From Eledone cirrhosa (lineage: Eukaryota), in the NCBI GenBank assembly GCA_964016885.1, contig CAXHJY010000874.1, forward strand, positions 1 through 64,000: a DNA stretch of 64,000 bases, given 5' to 3'. The first letter of the stretch is position 1. Each line of letters starts with the position of its first letter. Both the position numbers and the translations under genes were made by a program. Below are positions 40,284 to 55,577 of the stretch, in pieces. The notes beneath the pieces were generated by a model. It saw only the letters and a list, made by a program, of their open reading frames with translations. It ran no database searches and had not been told where the DNA came from.

Positions 40284-40498
40284 AATAATTGTTTCTACTT
40301 TTGGCAAAAGACCAGCAATTTGGAGGGGGGTCGATGAAATTGACCCCAGTGCGTGACTAGTACTTTATTTTATCGACCCCGTAAGGATGAAAGGCAAAGT
40401 TAACCTCGGCGGGATTTGAACTCAGATCATAAAGGGCCGTAACTCTATGCGGCAAAGCATGGCGTCCGACCCTCTACCGATTCTGCCAATCCACCTCT
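40284..40498 (-). mobile_element. Full-length Meta-like SINE
   Basis: Complete head, core and tail on the minus strand; more copies at ~23340, 41865, 45690-46075, 47650, 48920, 52075-53360, 59160 and 60476. Confidence 0.85.
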
Positions 40499-43012
40499 TA
40501 ATAATGGTTTCTATCAGAAATTAAACGAATCTAACAAAATATCACATAGTAATAAATCGACGTGCTATCGATTCTGACATCTCCCAAAGAAAATCTCTGT
40601 AAGTTTATCCCAGAAGGGAGACAAATATCTAACGAAGCGAGAACATTTAACATGTTTACTGGAAAGGACCTCCGTCGGTTTCGGCGATGAGTGTACTACT
40701 AGTTCGATCAATTGGACAGCCTGCTTATGAAATTCACGTCTATGTGGCTGAGCATTCTACATATATATATACTCTTAATGTAATTTTCAAAGAGATTCAA
40801 CGTGACACATTGTTTGACTGGGATAGCCCTTTGATTTGCAGATACAGTCCAACCATGGGCACACAGTTTCCATCTGCTCAATTTCACTCATGACGCCATG
40901 TAGTGGGATTGAACCCGGGACCTAATTATTGCAAAGCGAATTTCTTAACTAACTCATTTACCATATCCTCCGTTCGACCTACACCTTGCGAGTAAAACTA
41001 GCGAGATGGAAACTGTTTGGAAGTCCGTCAGATGTACTGTACCAGTAATTTAAAGAGCCAGTCTTGTCACAAACTGTCTCGCTGAATCTCCCTGACAACT
41101 ATGTTAAGTGAATACATGCCTATGGGATGCTCAGCCACTTACATTTAATTTCAAGGAGAGGCTGTTCCTTTTATCGAACAACTGGAACACTCATCGCCGA
41201 AACCGACAGAGGTTCATTCTATTTATTTGGTTATATAAAAAGTGAAGAAATTCCTAAAACGGTTTACTTAGTATAAATCGATAATACGTAATTGTTATTG
41301 ATTTGTTTCAGTATTGTTGTCAATTTTAACAGAGAAAAATCAATTACTAGAAAACGGTGCTGTGGGATACAGAATTTTATTTATGATGTAGTCATGATAT
41401 ATTGTATGGTATGAGGCGATATCAAATATCAAGTATAATATTGATTCGGTATTTAAATGAATTTAATCATATATGCTGTTGTACTTGTCTAGCAAGTGAC
41501 TTGATCTGTAACTGTATGTTGAAACTAAAGCAATTATTACATCATGGTAGAGTCTTTTTAACCAGAGTTGTACATGTCTAGCAAATGACTTGATCTGAGA
41601 CTGTGTGTAGAAACTAAAGAAATTACAGTGTGGTAGAGTCATTTTATCATTCACAAAATCACAGAAAGCTGTTAACTTCACTGTACATTTATCATCTATT
41701 TCTTGGATACAAGCAGTGAAACTATGTCAGTGACCAGGCTGCAGACAGTGTGACGAAAATGTCGACATCAAAATATATTGTAAAGTGAAAATAATAACTT
41801 TTTAAATAGCTAAAACAACTCTTCTGCTTTCTAATAATATATAGTTTAGCAACAAAAAGAAATTAGGGCAGCGAATCCGCAGAGTCGTTAGAGCGTCGGA
41901 CAAAACACATTGTAGTATTTATTTCGACTCTTTGCGCTCTGTGTTTCAATTCTACCGAGGTCAACTTTGCCTTTTATCCTTCCGGGGTTAATAAAATGAT
42001 ATACTTAACAAGGGTTTTGGGTTGGTGGGATTGCTAGCTGTTGTTCCGTTAGATGTTCCGGCTCTTTGCATTCTAAATTCAAACCCTGTTGTAGTTTAAT
42101 CTGTCACCCGGTTTATCATCACTACATAGCTCTTGGATACTTTTAGCAGAGTTCATTCTATTGTAAGCATTTTGGCTAGGATATTTTCTTCCCACCACAT
42201 TCGAAAGCCCTGCAAAGGACCATGGGCACTTCCCTAACCGCGAGGAAAATGATAGAAAATATGAGGCTGGTTGATAACCAGGTACGATGGAGGGAGGATG
42301 CTGTGTCTCTCGTTGTGCACCCACAAACTTTCTAGTCTATGGGTTACGATTAATTGATTGTTTCAATTTTACTGCGCGGTATTTTGAGCAAATAATAATA
42401 GCATTAATAGATTATTTTGGTGTAGTGATGCCTGATATAACACTGGTTACTTCATAACTAGGCACAAATACCTTATATAATATTGCTTGCTTTATAATGA
42501 GACACAAATGCCCTGATATGACACTAGTTATTTCATAATGAGGCACAAATACCCGATATTTTCTCAAAGATGAAAAGAGGAAGTAAGTTATTTATACCAA
42601 AATCATTAGCAGCTTAATTGAATTGGAAAAAAAAAAGAAGAAAAGAAATGAGCCGGTTGTCTAATCGGACCAAGAAAACTATTTCCATTGGTCTTTCCAT
42701 TGTTGATATAACGTGACTGTCGCGACACATAATAGAGACAGATGGGATTTCAACTCAGAACACACACAGCTGAATCAGATACCAAAATCATCTCGTCGAC
42801 AAATCATCACCGTATAATCATTACATCAATTCAGCACCCCTGAACTTAGGTTATTCAGAAATTAATACAGGTTTTACGTTTTTATTTGTTTCAACATTCC
42901 TTAAGAATAAAAGTTGGTAACATTTTAAAGCTTATTTTATGCTCTGTCTGTCTATGTAATTCGTTTTTCATATAAATTGCATTCTTGTTTGTTTTTAGAT
43001 TTTCAATTTAAG

Positions 43013-43495
43013 ATGTCAAAGAAGGATTTTCGCTAAATTTATTTCTATGAGTTTAAACTCGGCCGCAGTGCAGCACACAGATAAAAACATAAAGGAAGTT
43101 TGGTGCAAGGAAGTATTAATGAATGCATAGTGCAACATTGGTTTCAAAAATTCCGTCGTGGTGAATTCACTCATGAAGATAAGAAAGGTCAAGGACGTTT
43201 TCTGCCATTGACGACGATCAATTGAAGGCTTTAGTAGAAGCACATCCTCATACAGCTGTTCAGGAGCTTGCTGAACATTTAAATTGAATTGGAAAGTCGA
43301 TGAAACTTTAAAATTGGATGCCACACGAATTGAAGGAAAACCAGAAAAATCACCGTTTGCACAACAAAAACGACCCATTACTCGATTACATTTTGACATG
43401 CGATGAAAAGTCGATTCTATACAACAACAGATGATGTTAACCAACACTCCAAAAGTTGAATGAATTTGGCGGCAAAACTTGGCACCGAAACTACC
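43013..43495 (+). pseudogene. Mariner transposase relic
   Basis: MSKKDFR*..FYEFKLGRSAA..VQHWFQKFRRGEF..EDKKGQGR..IDDDQLKALVE across frameshifts; internally deleted. Confidence 0.75.
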
Positions 43496-44269
43496 ATTTT
43501 GCAGAGTAGACTAGGTATATTTCATCGTGGTGCCAACACTACCATGATATTTATATACTGGAAACCAGTAGAACAAGCCTCTTTGAACGTAATGAGGCTG
43601 ACAAAGGAAAATGTGGTCAGTGGGGAGCAGGTCAACAGCAGGTCTTCATTGTTAGTGTTCTATTAGGTTATACAGCCGTCTAAGAAGATAGATAAATTAA
43701 TTGGAGAGAAATTCTCGGTACAAGATGCCAATAACTATGATGGGACTAGTATGAAATGAAATGGACCTCCGTCGGTTTCGACAACGGAACAGCCTGCTCA
43801 TGAGATTAACGGGAAAGTGGCTGAGTATTCCACATACTCATGTATCCTTGACAAAATACTCAAGGGGATCTGTGTGACACAGTTCGGGACAATACCCATC
43901 CTTTGAATTACAAGTACAATTTATTCAAGGGGCTTCCAAACAGTTTCCGTCAACCCGAGGCTATAGTTAGTGACACTTGCCCAAAATGCCATCTAGTGAG
44001 ATCGAACTCACGATCTAATGATTGTTGTGTGAATTCCTCATCTATTCGACCATGTTGCGCCATTGATGAAACTAGTAAGAGGAGGAGGACGTCTATAAAT
44101 TATCTAGGGCACAGCAGCAGCAGCAGCAGTAGTAGTAGTAATGGTGGTAGTAGTAGTAGTAGTAGTCGATGTCGTGGTGGTGTATTGTTTTCGTTGCTTC
44201 AGCAGTTGCAATAGTCATTACAATTGTTAATTCAAATAGCGTATGAAACGAAAAACTACCACTACTACT

Positions 44270-44313
44270 ACTAATAACAATACTACTACTACTAATTATA
44301 ATAATAATAACAA

Positions 44314-44357
<44 letters not shown>

Positions 44358-44399
44358 TTACTACTACAACTATTATTACTACTACTACTACTATTACTA

Positions 44400-44431
<32 letters not shown>

Positions 44432-44480
44432 CCCACCACCACCTCTACAACTACTACTGCTACTACTACTACTAACACAA
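44270..44480. repeat. (ACT)n repeat
   Basis: Directly visible. Confidence 0.95.
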
Positions 44481-45042
44481 CCAGCGTCGCCACCAACGCC
44501 ACTACACTACCGCTAATACATCTAACACTCAGTCTCCCATCACCACCACTTCACTACTATTACCAATACCACTACTACCACTATTACTACAAGGACCCAC
44601 ACATTCACCCCTACCATACCGCCCCCCACACACTCATCCCTTCCAGCCCCCCCCCCCCCCCTCCACACACACACACGCACTCCTACCAAACCCCCGCACA
44701 AACGCACCCCTACCAATCCACCCTTTACAGAAATTATTCATAGGAAAATAAAATACGAACATAACAAAACCCCAAAAGACCTAAGCCCAGCATCAACAAT
44801 ATCAGATTAACAGTATTAGGACCTGCTGGGAAAGAAAGCATGACGTAATATAAGTAATTGGTTAATCTCACTTGATATTGAAGGGTGGGGATGGTGACCC
44901 ATAAAATACAACCATGGTATTTGGTCTAGTTCTTTACATTCTAAGTTCAAATCCCGCCCAGGTCAACAGTTGTCTTTCATCTTTCCGGGTCGTTAAAATA
45001 GCGTACCAGTCAAGTATCGGGGTTGATTTAATGAACTTTGCC

Positions 45043-45440
45043 CTTCTTCTTCTTCTTCTTCTTCTTCTTCTTCTTCTTCTTCTTCTTCACCAACTTTTTC
45101 CTGACAAGGCCGTGGGTTCACAGTCCTCAAACACTCCTTCCAGCAGGTCCTGTCAGAAGCATCCGTTTCCAACTGATTCGGCTGAATCGCCAAGCGAGAC
45201 CAGCCAAGCTCATGCATAATATCCAACCACCTTGCTCAGGGCCTCCTGTCGGTTGGTTTTTCCCGTAAAATTTGTTCAGGGATTCTTTCCTGAGATATTC
45301 TAACCACATGCCCATAGTATCGGAGCTGTGATCTCTCAATTCGGAGAAGTAGCGGCTACGCACTCTATCGATTAACGTTACTCCAAAGACAATTTGGAGG
45401 AACCCTATTTCGGCCGTTTGTATTCGCGATGAACTTTACC
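45043..45440 (-). mobile_element. RTE LINE 3' fragment with (GAA)n tail
   Basis: HELGWSRLAIQPNQLETDASDRTCW followed by (GAA)n. Confidence 0.78.
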
Positions 45441-48047
45441 CGTCCCACAAAATTTTACTCACCTTCTGCCTATATTAAAATTCAATATGTGGTGGTGCAG
45501 CCTATAGGGAGCTTTAGATCTGTTTAACTATTTTAGTACCAACCCGTTTGGTACCATCCCTTGTTATATATGGTACAAACTACCTGCTTTAAAGTGTTCA
45601 TTTTAAAATAAATACCTTCCATCGTGGTTTTATATAAGAACCTTTTGTTAAGTCATGTTCCAAACAGCAGCTTAATAGCTTAATAATAATTTCTAATTTA
45701 GGCACACTCCCGGTACTTTGGGGGTGAAACGTCGATTACATTGGCAGTAGTATTTCACTGGTATTTACTTTATAGAACCCGTAAGGACAAAAGTAAAGTT
45801 GACCTGAACGTAAAGAGACAAAATGAATAACTGAAAGTCTCCACCCAACACCGTTACACCAGCTTAATAAGGATTTCTACTACAGGCACTGGCCAGCAAT
45901 TTTGGGGCAGGGGAAAGTCTATTAAATCAACTCCAGTGCATTATTTTATCGACATCGTAATGATGAAAGGCAAAGCTAACGTCGGCGTGATTTGAACTCA
46001 GAACGTAAACTGCCATAACTCTATGCTGCAAAGCATGTTGCCTGACGCTCTACCGATAATGCCAATCCACCGCTCTACCACAGCTTGATAATGAGACATT
46101 TAGTTATGTAACAAATCCCTCAAAATTCGTGATTATTCCAGAATTATTTGAAAGTGTTTATATTTATCTAAATGTTTCCAACATAATTTTATGAAAGAAC
46201 CTTTTCTTCAACAGTTCTAAACATCAGCTTAATAAAAAAAACATAAGCTAAATTCTTCCAATTCTTCATTATTTATAACATAAATTGAAACATAAGGTTA
46301 ATATATGTATGTGGAATGGGCTTCCACCGGGTTCGACGATGTGTGATCCAGTACTATCAATTCCTCTGAACGAATATACCCCTCTAATCTTCTCTCTCAC
46401 TCTCTCTCTCTGACTATTTTATTGATGGTAGAGAGAATGGAGATCCGGAACGAATCTTAGAACTTCACTTCATTTATGACTCTACAAACCAATGCCAGAG
46501 CCTCTATGGGCTTGTTCCAACTGCTAGAAATAGTAGCAAAATCCTCCTCAAACCCCTTCTCTTTCTGTGATATGGAAAAACACAATGTATAATGTAATCC
46601 AATGTATATTTCTGGAAAACAAAGATTGAATGGTTACAGTTGGAATGCCTTTTGATCATAGTTTAGCTTGATGAGGATTGAACAAGAATTAGACAACAAC
46701 AATAACAACGTATACTGTTAAAACCCACAGGGAAAGGCATGAACAACACAACATCTCATTCTTTACTTATAGATTTTGCTGTTTTGAGCTTGGTCTAAAT
46801 AGAAATCGATATTATTCTCGGTCAATATTGAAGTGAACTGGAGTTAAACATTGATGTTAAACCCCATAGGAAAAGGCGTCTTGTTCAACAGCCATTTTCA
46901 ATCTTAGTGTTTTGTAGAAATCAATTATACTACTCTTTGAGGGAAAAAAAAGTAGGAAGAAATCCATTAACCTTTGTTTATAACAATAATACAATATACG
47001 TCAATTATCATGAGAATAAGCAAAGTTCGTCATTGTTTGGCTACAATAGCTGCAGTGACTGAAGCTTAGTTGCCTTTCTGTATTACATGTAGTTAAAATT
47101 ACAGCAAAAATCTGACGGATAATGGTTTGCTAATTTTATCAGTTATCTTTCAGCTGAATTAGTGTTTCCGCAATCGTTTACTATGCCTTCTTATAACATG
47201 CCATCACCATGGAAAAAGAAACATCGATTGAGTTAAAATCATTGATTACATAGTGAAGTAAGGCCTGACACACTTAATATGGCGAGCATGATAACTTTAT
47301 AGAACTATGTTCGTGTCATCTATCGCACCATTATCATAATACAACCGTTAACAGCCGCTGCCATGTCTACCATAACGCTAAATCTATATTCCATGCGTCT
47401 CCTCCAAGCTACATCTTAAATCTCGCCTGAGTTATTGTCAACACTGATATACCAAAGACTCTCTCAATAAATATATTATGGATAGCAATCACAACAATGG
47501 TGGGGATGTTTATTTGCCAAGATCAACCCTGATCCAAACGACCTGCGATGTTTCAGGCGCAGCCGTTCCATTTTCTTTTATACATAGTGTATATATCGTT
47601 TGCTTTGTTAGATAAGGTTTTCGATTTTTTCGGGGATTGTGGACTTAAAATATTGGTTTCTAATTTAGGTAGAAACCCAGCAAATTTGGAGGAAGAGAAA
47701 AGTTGATTAAATCAACCCCAGTACTTGACTGGTACTTTATTTTATCGACCCCGGAAGGATGAATGGCAAAGTTGACCTGTGCGGGAATTGAACCCAAAAT
47801 GTAAAGATCTAGAACAAATAGAGCAATGCCATTTTATCAGACATTCTACAAATTCTGCCAATTTATCGCCCTTGAGTAGGCTTAACATATTGCTTGATTT
47901 ACAAGTCCCAACAACAATGTCTCTGTTACGACATGAAAATCTACCTCCAAACATTCAGACATTTACTACACGCCACAGCATTTCGACAACAACACCCTAA
48001 AAACACTATCCCTCCCACTTAGCACACTCAAACTTAAAGAACACATA

Positions 48048-48421
48048 CTCTTGGGTCCCAAATAATGGGGGGGGGGGGGGGTGATAAGCGGAGGGGTTGG
48101 AAAATCGGTAATTTTTCTAGGTTGTCTCCGATGATTTAAAAAAAAAAACAGAATTAGTTTAGTTTACATATTGAGACCTCCAACCCATCCTATTTATTTT
48201 ATAACGTATGGGATTTCTAGTACTTTTGTGTTATGTACTTTTGTGTTATGTATAATGATTTTTTAATGTATAAAGAAAATTAATTGTCGCAGGAATGCTA
48301 CCACTTAATATTAAATTTCGCCGGAGATGGATTAGTAAAATTTTATAAGCAATGTGGGGTGGTGGAAAAAATCTGAAAAATGAATAAGCGAGGCGAAGGG
48401 GGATTATTCGAAACCTGAGAG
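48048..48421. mobile_element. MITE with TA target duplication
   Basis: TA-CTCTTGGGTCCCAAATAAT..ATTATTCGAAACCTGAGAG-TA, imperfect TIR; three copies in the window. Confidence 0.72.
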
Positions 48422-49538
48422 TACACAGAAATAGTTGCAGCATCAAGAGTTTCAACTGATCGGTTTCACTTTGCCTACTTCCCTTCTAGTCACCAACTGA
48501 ATGTACAAGTGTGTAGAAAGAAACTGGACATTAGTGAGAGTGTAATGCCTTCAGACTGTCATACTACACCCTATATGATTTCTCGCTGCCTGTCTGAGCG
48601 CAGAGTATGGTCCTCAGTTATACACATCTGCAACAATAAATATATGGGGTTCGGCTATTTATCTGCTCGAAAAACGCTAACATAGGGCTACACAACAATA
48701 TTACTCTGTCCTTGACAACCTCTCATGAAATATATACTCTGATGCAAGGGTACAAACCAGAACATTGCTTCACTCCCCCACCCCATATTTACCGACTAGG
48801 TTCAACATTGACATGCAAATATCCAAGCTGGACATTATTTGTTGTATCAATATCACTAGCTTGGGATAAACCCGAAGGCTATAGGCGTGGACACTCTAGC
48901 TCGTCCTCTCACTAAATTATTGTTGTTGCTTTTGGCACAATGCCAGCACTTTGAAGGGGAAAGTCGATTAAATCGACCTCAGTGCCTTACTTAGCCATTA
49001 TTTTACCGACCCCGTAAGGATGAAAGGCAAAGTTAACATCAAAGGGATTTGAACTCAGAACGCAACGGACCGTAACTACATTCCATATGGCATGTTATTC
49101 GACGCTCTACTGATACTGCCAACCCTCCTCCCTCTTTCACTAAATTATTAAACATTATCCAACGTATTTTTGTTGTTGTTGTCATGGAGTTTTACAGTGT
49201 GGGGTTGAAACAAAGGCGTGATATAGTTTGTGTGAATATATGCGAGTGTGTTTGTATATGTAAATATGTAACTATGAAAGTGTGACTATGAATATGTATG
49301 AGTATGTGTATATGTAACTATGTAAGTATGTCTGTATGACTGTACATATGTGCGACCAACTACTGGAAGAGGAGATACTCCTCGTCCTCGACAGACATGT
49401 GTAACTTTGGTAAGGCCAAAAAAGGTATTTCTAAACTACCCTCTCAACCTTCATATTAAGGTCCCACTTTACTTGTGTACTTCTGCTTCCTTGAGTATGG
49501 AAAGACTTCTAAAGTCTGCACCACCACCTCTACCATCA

Positions 49539-50782
49539 AAGCCACTCCTAACACCGAAGCCGCTCCTAACATCTGAGCCACTCCTAACATCTGAGCCACT
49601 CCTAACATCTGAGCCACTCCTAACATCTGAGCCACCCCTAGCACCGAAGCACCCCTAACACCGAAGCCACCCCTAACACAGAAGCCACCCCTAACACCGA
49701 AGCCACCCCTAACACAGAAGCCACCCCTAACACCGAAGCCATCCCTAACACAGAAGCCACCCCTAACACAGAAGCCACCCCTAACACCGAAGCCACCCCT
49801 AACATCTGAAGCACCCCTAACACCGAAGCCACCCCTAACACCGAAGCCACCCCTAACATCTGAAGCACCCCTAACACCGAAGCCACCCCTAACACAGAAG
49901 CCACCCCTAACACAGAAGCCACCCCTAACACAGAAGCCACCCCTAACATCTGAAGCACCCCTAACACCGAAGCCACCCCTAACACCGAAGCCACCCCTAA
50001 CACCGAAGCCACCCCTAACACCGAAGCCACCCCTAACATCTGAAGCACCCCTAACACCGAAGCCACCCCTAACACAGAAGCCACCCCTCACACCGAAGCC
50101 ACCCCTAACACCGAAGCCACCCCTAACACAGAAGCCACCCCTCACACAGAAGCCACCCCTAACACCGAAGCCACCCCTAACACAGAAGCCACCCCTAACA
50201 TCTGAAGCACCCCTAACACCGAAGCCACCCCTAACACAGAAGCCACCCCTCACACCGAAGCCACCCCTAACACCGAAGCCACCCCTAACACAGAAGCCAC
50301 CCCTCACACAGAAGCCACCCCTAACACCGAAGCCACCCCTAACACAGAAGCCACCCCTCACACCGAAGCCACCCCTCACACAGAAGCCACCCCTAACACA
50401 GAAGCCACCCCTCACACAGAAGCCACCCCTAACACCGAAGCCACCCCTAACACAGAAACCACCCCTCACACAGAAGCCACCCCTAACACAGAAGCCACCC
50501 TCACACAGAAGCCACCCCTAACACCGAAGCCACCCCTAACACCGAAGCCACCCCTCACACAGAAGCCACCCCTAACACCGAAGCCACCCCTAACACAGAA
50601 GCCACCCCTAACATCTGAAGCACCCCTAACACCGAAGCCACCCCTAACACAGAAGCCACCCCTCACACCGAAGCCACCCCTCACACAGAAGCCACCCCTA
50701 ACACCGAAGCCACCCCTCACACAGAAGCCACCCCTAACACCGAAGCCACCCCTAACACAGAAACCACCCCTAACATCTGAGC
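49539..50782. repeat. 18-bp minisatellite, ~69 copies
   Basis: Unit AAGCCACCCCTAACAC(C/A)G with a TCTGAAGCA variant. Confidence 0.97.
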
Positions 50783-50982
50783 CATTATTAAATACGACAT
50801 CTTGACGTTTATCGATCTTGATCTTCACCGTTTATCGATCTTGATCTTCATTGTTATTTATAGATAAAGAAACTATTATTATTAAATAAATGAACCATCA
50901 TTGTTATTTATAAAGGCCGTAAGATAACATGCGAACTACTATCGCATTTAGTTAGGTATTTAAAAAGGCATTCAGCAGCATC

Positions 50983-51035
<53 letters not shown>

Positions 51036-53686
51036 CCGCTGCAGCAGTAGCAGTAGCAGCAGCAGCAGCAGTAGTAGTATTAGTAGTAGTAGTAGTAGTA
51101 GTAGTAAGTACTTTCACTAGACAACCCGAGCTGGAGTTTGTAACCTTTGGGTATGTGCAGTATTCCGTTTTCTGTTTGTGTTATATTGAATGTAGTCCAT
51201 GTTATATTGCTGTATTAAGAGTAGTAAGGTCATGTATTCCACTCCCAGCGACACTTTGTATCCTTGCGCCAGACATTATACTTTACGTTGAGAAAAAAAT
51301 GAATCGTATCTTTAACTCAAAAGTTCAGCCTTGTTACACAATGTCTTCTCCCTGCGAATTACATTAAGAGTACACGTGTCTATGGAATGCTCAGCCACAT
51401 ACATGTTAATTTCATAATGCTTTTGCAGTCTTGTCCGCGGGGCACATCCCCCATTACCGCCGCCCCCTAGGCCCAGAGCCCAGTCATCCTCATCCTCCCC
51501 ATCCCCATTCTTCTGTGACATTAGAGCCCTTGCCTTTCCCTTTCTTTCCCATTTAAAAAAATATTTTATTTTATATTCCATCCTTTCTTCTCAGTCTAAA
51601 TTTTGTTTTCTTTTTCTATTAAATTGTATTTACATGATATATTTTTACATAGAATAACATATGTTTATTTCATAAGCATCATTTTCAGTTCATCGAACAA
51701 CTGGAACACTCATCGTCGAAACCGACAGAGGTCCATTCCATATATGTGTGTTGAGTGAACATAAATTTACTGTGTTAGCCACAGATTTGTGGACAGTCAT
51801 AGTAAAATATATTAAACCGAAGACCTACTTGAGATCGTATTTCACCAGGCCTTGATTTTCTGGTTTCTTGTCAACAATCTTTCACCAAGAAAATAATTAA
51901 AAACTACTACTGCTACTACTACTACTACTACTACTACTACTGGTGATGATGATGATGCTACTGTTACTGCTGCTACTACTACTGCTACTGCGGCTGTTGC
52001 TGCTGCTGCTACTGCAGCAACAACAACGACTGCTGATATTTAAAGTATACATGTTAAAGAGCTGGAACTGGGTGAATGGTGGCAGACAGAGGTATTAGAA
52101 CTGCAGTATTTTATTGCGAAGATTTGCGTTTTAATTTCAAATCTCACGGAGGTCAAATTTCACTTTCGTCATTTCCGGGGTCGATAGAGTAAAGTACCAG
52201 TCATATAGTCAACCTCCCATCCTTTCAGATTTTTGGTGACCTCCCAACCCTTCAGATGTTGGTCTAACATGTCATAACATAACATGGTGGATAATAGATA
52301 AAATAATTGTTTCTACTTTAGGCACAAGGCCAGCAATTTGAAGGGAAGGGAAAGTCGATTAAATCGACGCCAGTGCATTACTGGTGCTTTATTTTATAGA
52401 CCTCGTAAGGATGAAAGGCAAATCTAACCTCGGCAGGATCTGAAATCAGAACGTAAAAGGCCGTAATTCTATGACACGAAGCATTTGGTCCGACGCTCTG
52501 CCAATCCGCCGCCCTTGTGGTATATAATAATTGTTTCTACTTTTGGCTCAAGGCCAGCAATTACCCCAGTGCATTACTGGTACTTTATTTTGTCGACCCT
52601 GTAAGGATGAAAGGCAAAGTTATCCTCGGCGGGATTTGAATTCAGAACGTAAAGGGCCACAACTGTATGCTGTAAAGCATAGTGTCTGGTGCTCTAACGA
52701 TATTGCCAATCCACTACGCTAGACAAAATGTTTTGCGGTATTTCCATGTATACCTTTGTGTTCTGAGTTCAAATCCAGTCCAGTTCGACTCGGCTTTTTA
52801 TCATTCCAGGAGCAATAAAATAAAGTACCAGTCAAATACTAGGGTTCAACATAAATATTTGTTCCCTATCCCAATTTTCTGGTCTTATGTAAGAAAACAG
52901 GATGGTTGAAGATAAAATTAGGATTAGTATTGTGGTGGTATTTAACTACGTACTCGTACATTCTGGGTTCAAACCTCATTGATGTCGAAATTGACTTTTA
53001 TCATTCTGTGATCGATAAAATAAAGTACCACTCAAAAACTGGAGTCGATATGTTCGATTACTTCGCACTCCAAATTTCTGGCCTCGTCCCTGTGTGAGAA
53101 ACCGAGATGGTGAAGTACAGTAGAATAAGTTTTCCCATATTTCGTTGAATACATTTGTCTTGAGTTTAAATCTCACAGAGGACGACTTTACCTTTTATTA
53201 TTTTGAGATCAAAGGGCGGTGGATTGGCAGTATCGGTAGAGCGTCGGACAAAATGCTTTGCGACATAGTGTTACTGCGCTTTACGTTCTGAGTTCAAATC
53301 CCGCCGAGGTTAGCTTTGCCTTTCATCCTTACGGGGTCGATAAAATAAAGCACCAATAATATGAAAGATAAAATTGACTTCAGAACGAAAGAATTAAAAC
53401 AAATGATGCAAAGCATGTTGTCCGACCCTTTACCGATACTGCCGATCTACCACATTTGTCACTTTTATCCGAGCATAATTATGAGCAACTGTTAACAAAA
53501 TTCTCAGGGAGATTCAGTGTAGGACAAGATTAGCGTTTGGAATTACAGGAAATACAGGCTTCCAAATAGTTTCCGTCTCCCAAATTTCACTTAAAATGCA
53601 TAGGTTGACTTGAGGTTATGGTAAATGACACCTGACAAAGATGACACGCTGTGGGAGCGAACACGAGGCATAATGATTGTAAAGCT

Positions 53687-54035
53687 CTTCTTCTTCTTTG
53701 CTCACTTTTTCCTAACAGGGCCGTGGGGGGAAGAGTCCTCAAACACTCCTTCTAGCAGGTTCTGTCAGAAGCAACCGTCACCAACAGATCCGGTTGGATC
53801 CCCAGGCGAGACCAACCAAGCTCATGGATCCTATCCAACAATCATGCTCGGGTCTCATGCCGGTTTGTTATGCCCGTAAAATCTATCTAGCGATTCTTTC
53901 TAATCACATGTCCGTAGTATCAGAGTTGTGATCTCTAAATTTGGAGAAGTAGCTACTCCCTGATCTCCAAGCTACACATTCTATCAAGTAACGTTACTCC
54001 AAAGACCCTTGCGAGGAATCCCCTTTTCTCGTCAT
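53687..54035 (-). mobile_element. RTE LINE 3' fragment
   Basis: Reverse-complement match to 3700-4060; short (GAA)n tail. Confidence 0.72.
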
Positions 54036-54393
54036 TTGTCAATGCCACGTTGTGTATTTATATATCGGTGACATCTGCTATTATGGTGAATTAATATAGT
54101 TGTCCCTCAGAAAATAATAGTTTCTAGGTGTATAAATCCCCTACTTTATATTTAAATTATGGATCAATTCTGTATTTACCTGATACTTGAATTTATATAA
54201 GAAACCGTTTAGTCTTGTAATGAATTCTGCGGTTTGAACGTGTCTGTATGTATGTGGGCATTGTGAAAGAGAGTAAGTGAGTGTGTAGGTGTCTGTGTTT
54301 GAAGGAGTGTGTGTGTGTGTGCGTGTGAAAGTGTATGTGTGTGTATATATGAATGTGTGTCTGTGTATGAAAGACAGAGAGAGAGGGAGAGAG

Positions 54394-54582
<189 letters not shown>

Positions 54583-54836
54583 GTCTGTGTGTATTCTAAC
54601 CACAAATGATGATATTTCATTTATTATATAGTGTAGTGAACTAAGAAACTGTAATATAAATAGGATATACTGTATGTAATGTTAATTTGATATGTATTTA
54701 TGTAATATAAGTATTAATAACTTTCATATGTATTTGTGTATCAACTTCTGGTTTGGAGTATATTCTATCTACAGAATACAAAAGGAAATGGAACATAAAA
54801 TGGACCTCCATTGGTTTCGACGATGTTCCAGTTGTC

Positions 54837-55395
54837 TCTTCTTCTTCTTCTTCTTCACCCATTTATTCATGAGAGGGGGGGGGGGCAGAGTCTTCAAACA
54901 CTCCCTCCAGCGAGACGAGCCAAGTTCATGGATATTATCCAGCCATCTTGCTCGGAGTTTATCCCCGGATCTTTCTGGCTGGTTTTCCCCGTAAAAATAT
55001 GTCCAACGATTTTTTTCCTGTAACTTCTAACCACATGCCCATAGTATCGGAGTTATTATTACTCAATTCGGAGAAGTAGTGGCTCTACCTGGAATACCTC
55101 TCTGATCTCCGTGCTACGCGTTCTATCGAGTAAGACTCTTCGGGGGGACCCAATTTCGGCCGCTTGTATTCGCGATTGCATTCTTTCGGTCATTACCTAA
55201 GACCATGACTATATGAAGGCACGAATACCGAATTGAAGATAGCGAGTTTGGCTTTTTCGCCTGCCTCTCTTCTTCTGAAAACCGACTGCTGAAGCTGGCG
55301 CATTACTGCATCAGCTTCTGTAATTCTTGTACTTAATTCAGTCTCCTACCTTCCATCACTCGAGATACTTGAACTTCTCTATGTGCTTCAGTGGA
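54837..55395 (-). mobile_element. RTE LINE 3' fragment (longer)
   Basis: Same family, extends further 5'; (GAA)n tail. Confidence 0.72.
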
Positions 55396-55441
55396 ACTCT
55401 ATTCAAAAACCTTGCAAAACAAATATATATATATATATGTG

Positions 55442-55490
<49 letters not shown>

Positions 55491-55577
55491 GGCAAACAGA
55501 AATAACAACACATTCGGTACAGTATATGGAAGGGATATATTAGGTTAACGCTTATATATATAGAGAGATATATAGAT

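Noticed and set aside
46980-47300. Possible host exon or conserved element in unique-looking sequence (also 28700-29480)
   Set aside because: No recognisable reading frame or motif; cannot be supported without alignment or RNA data.
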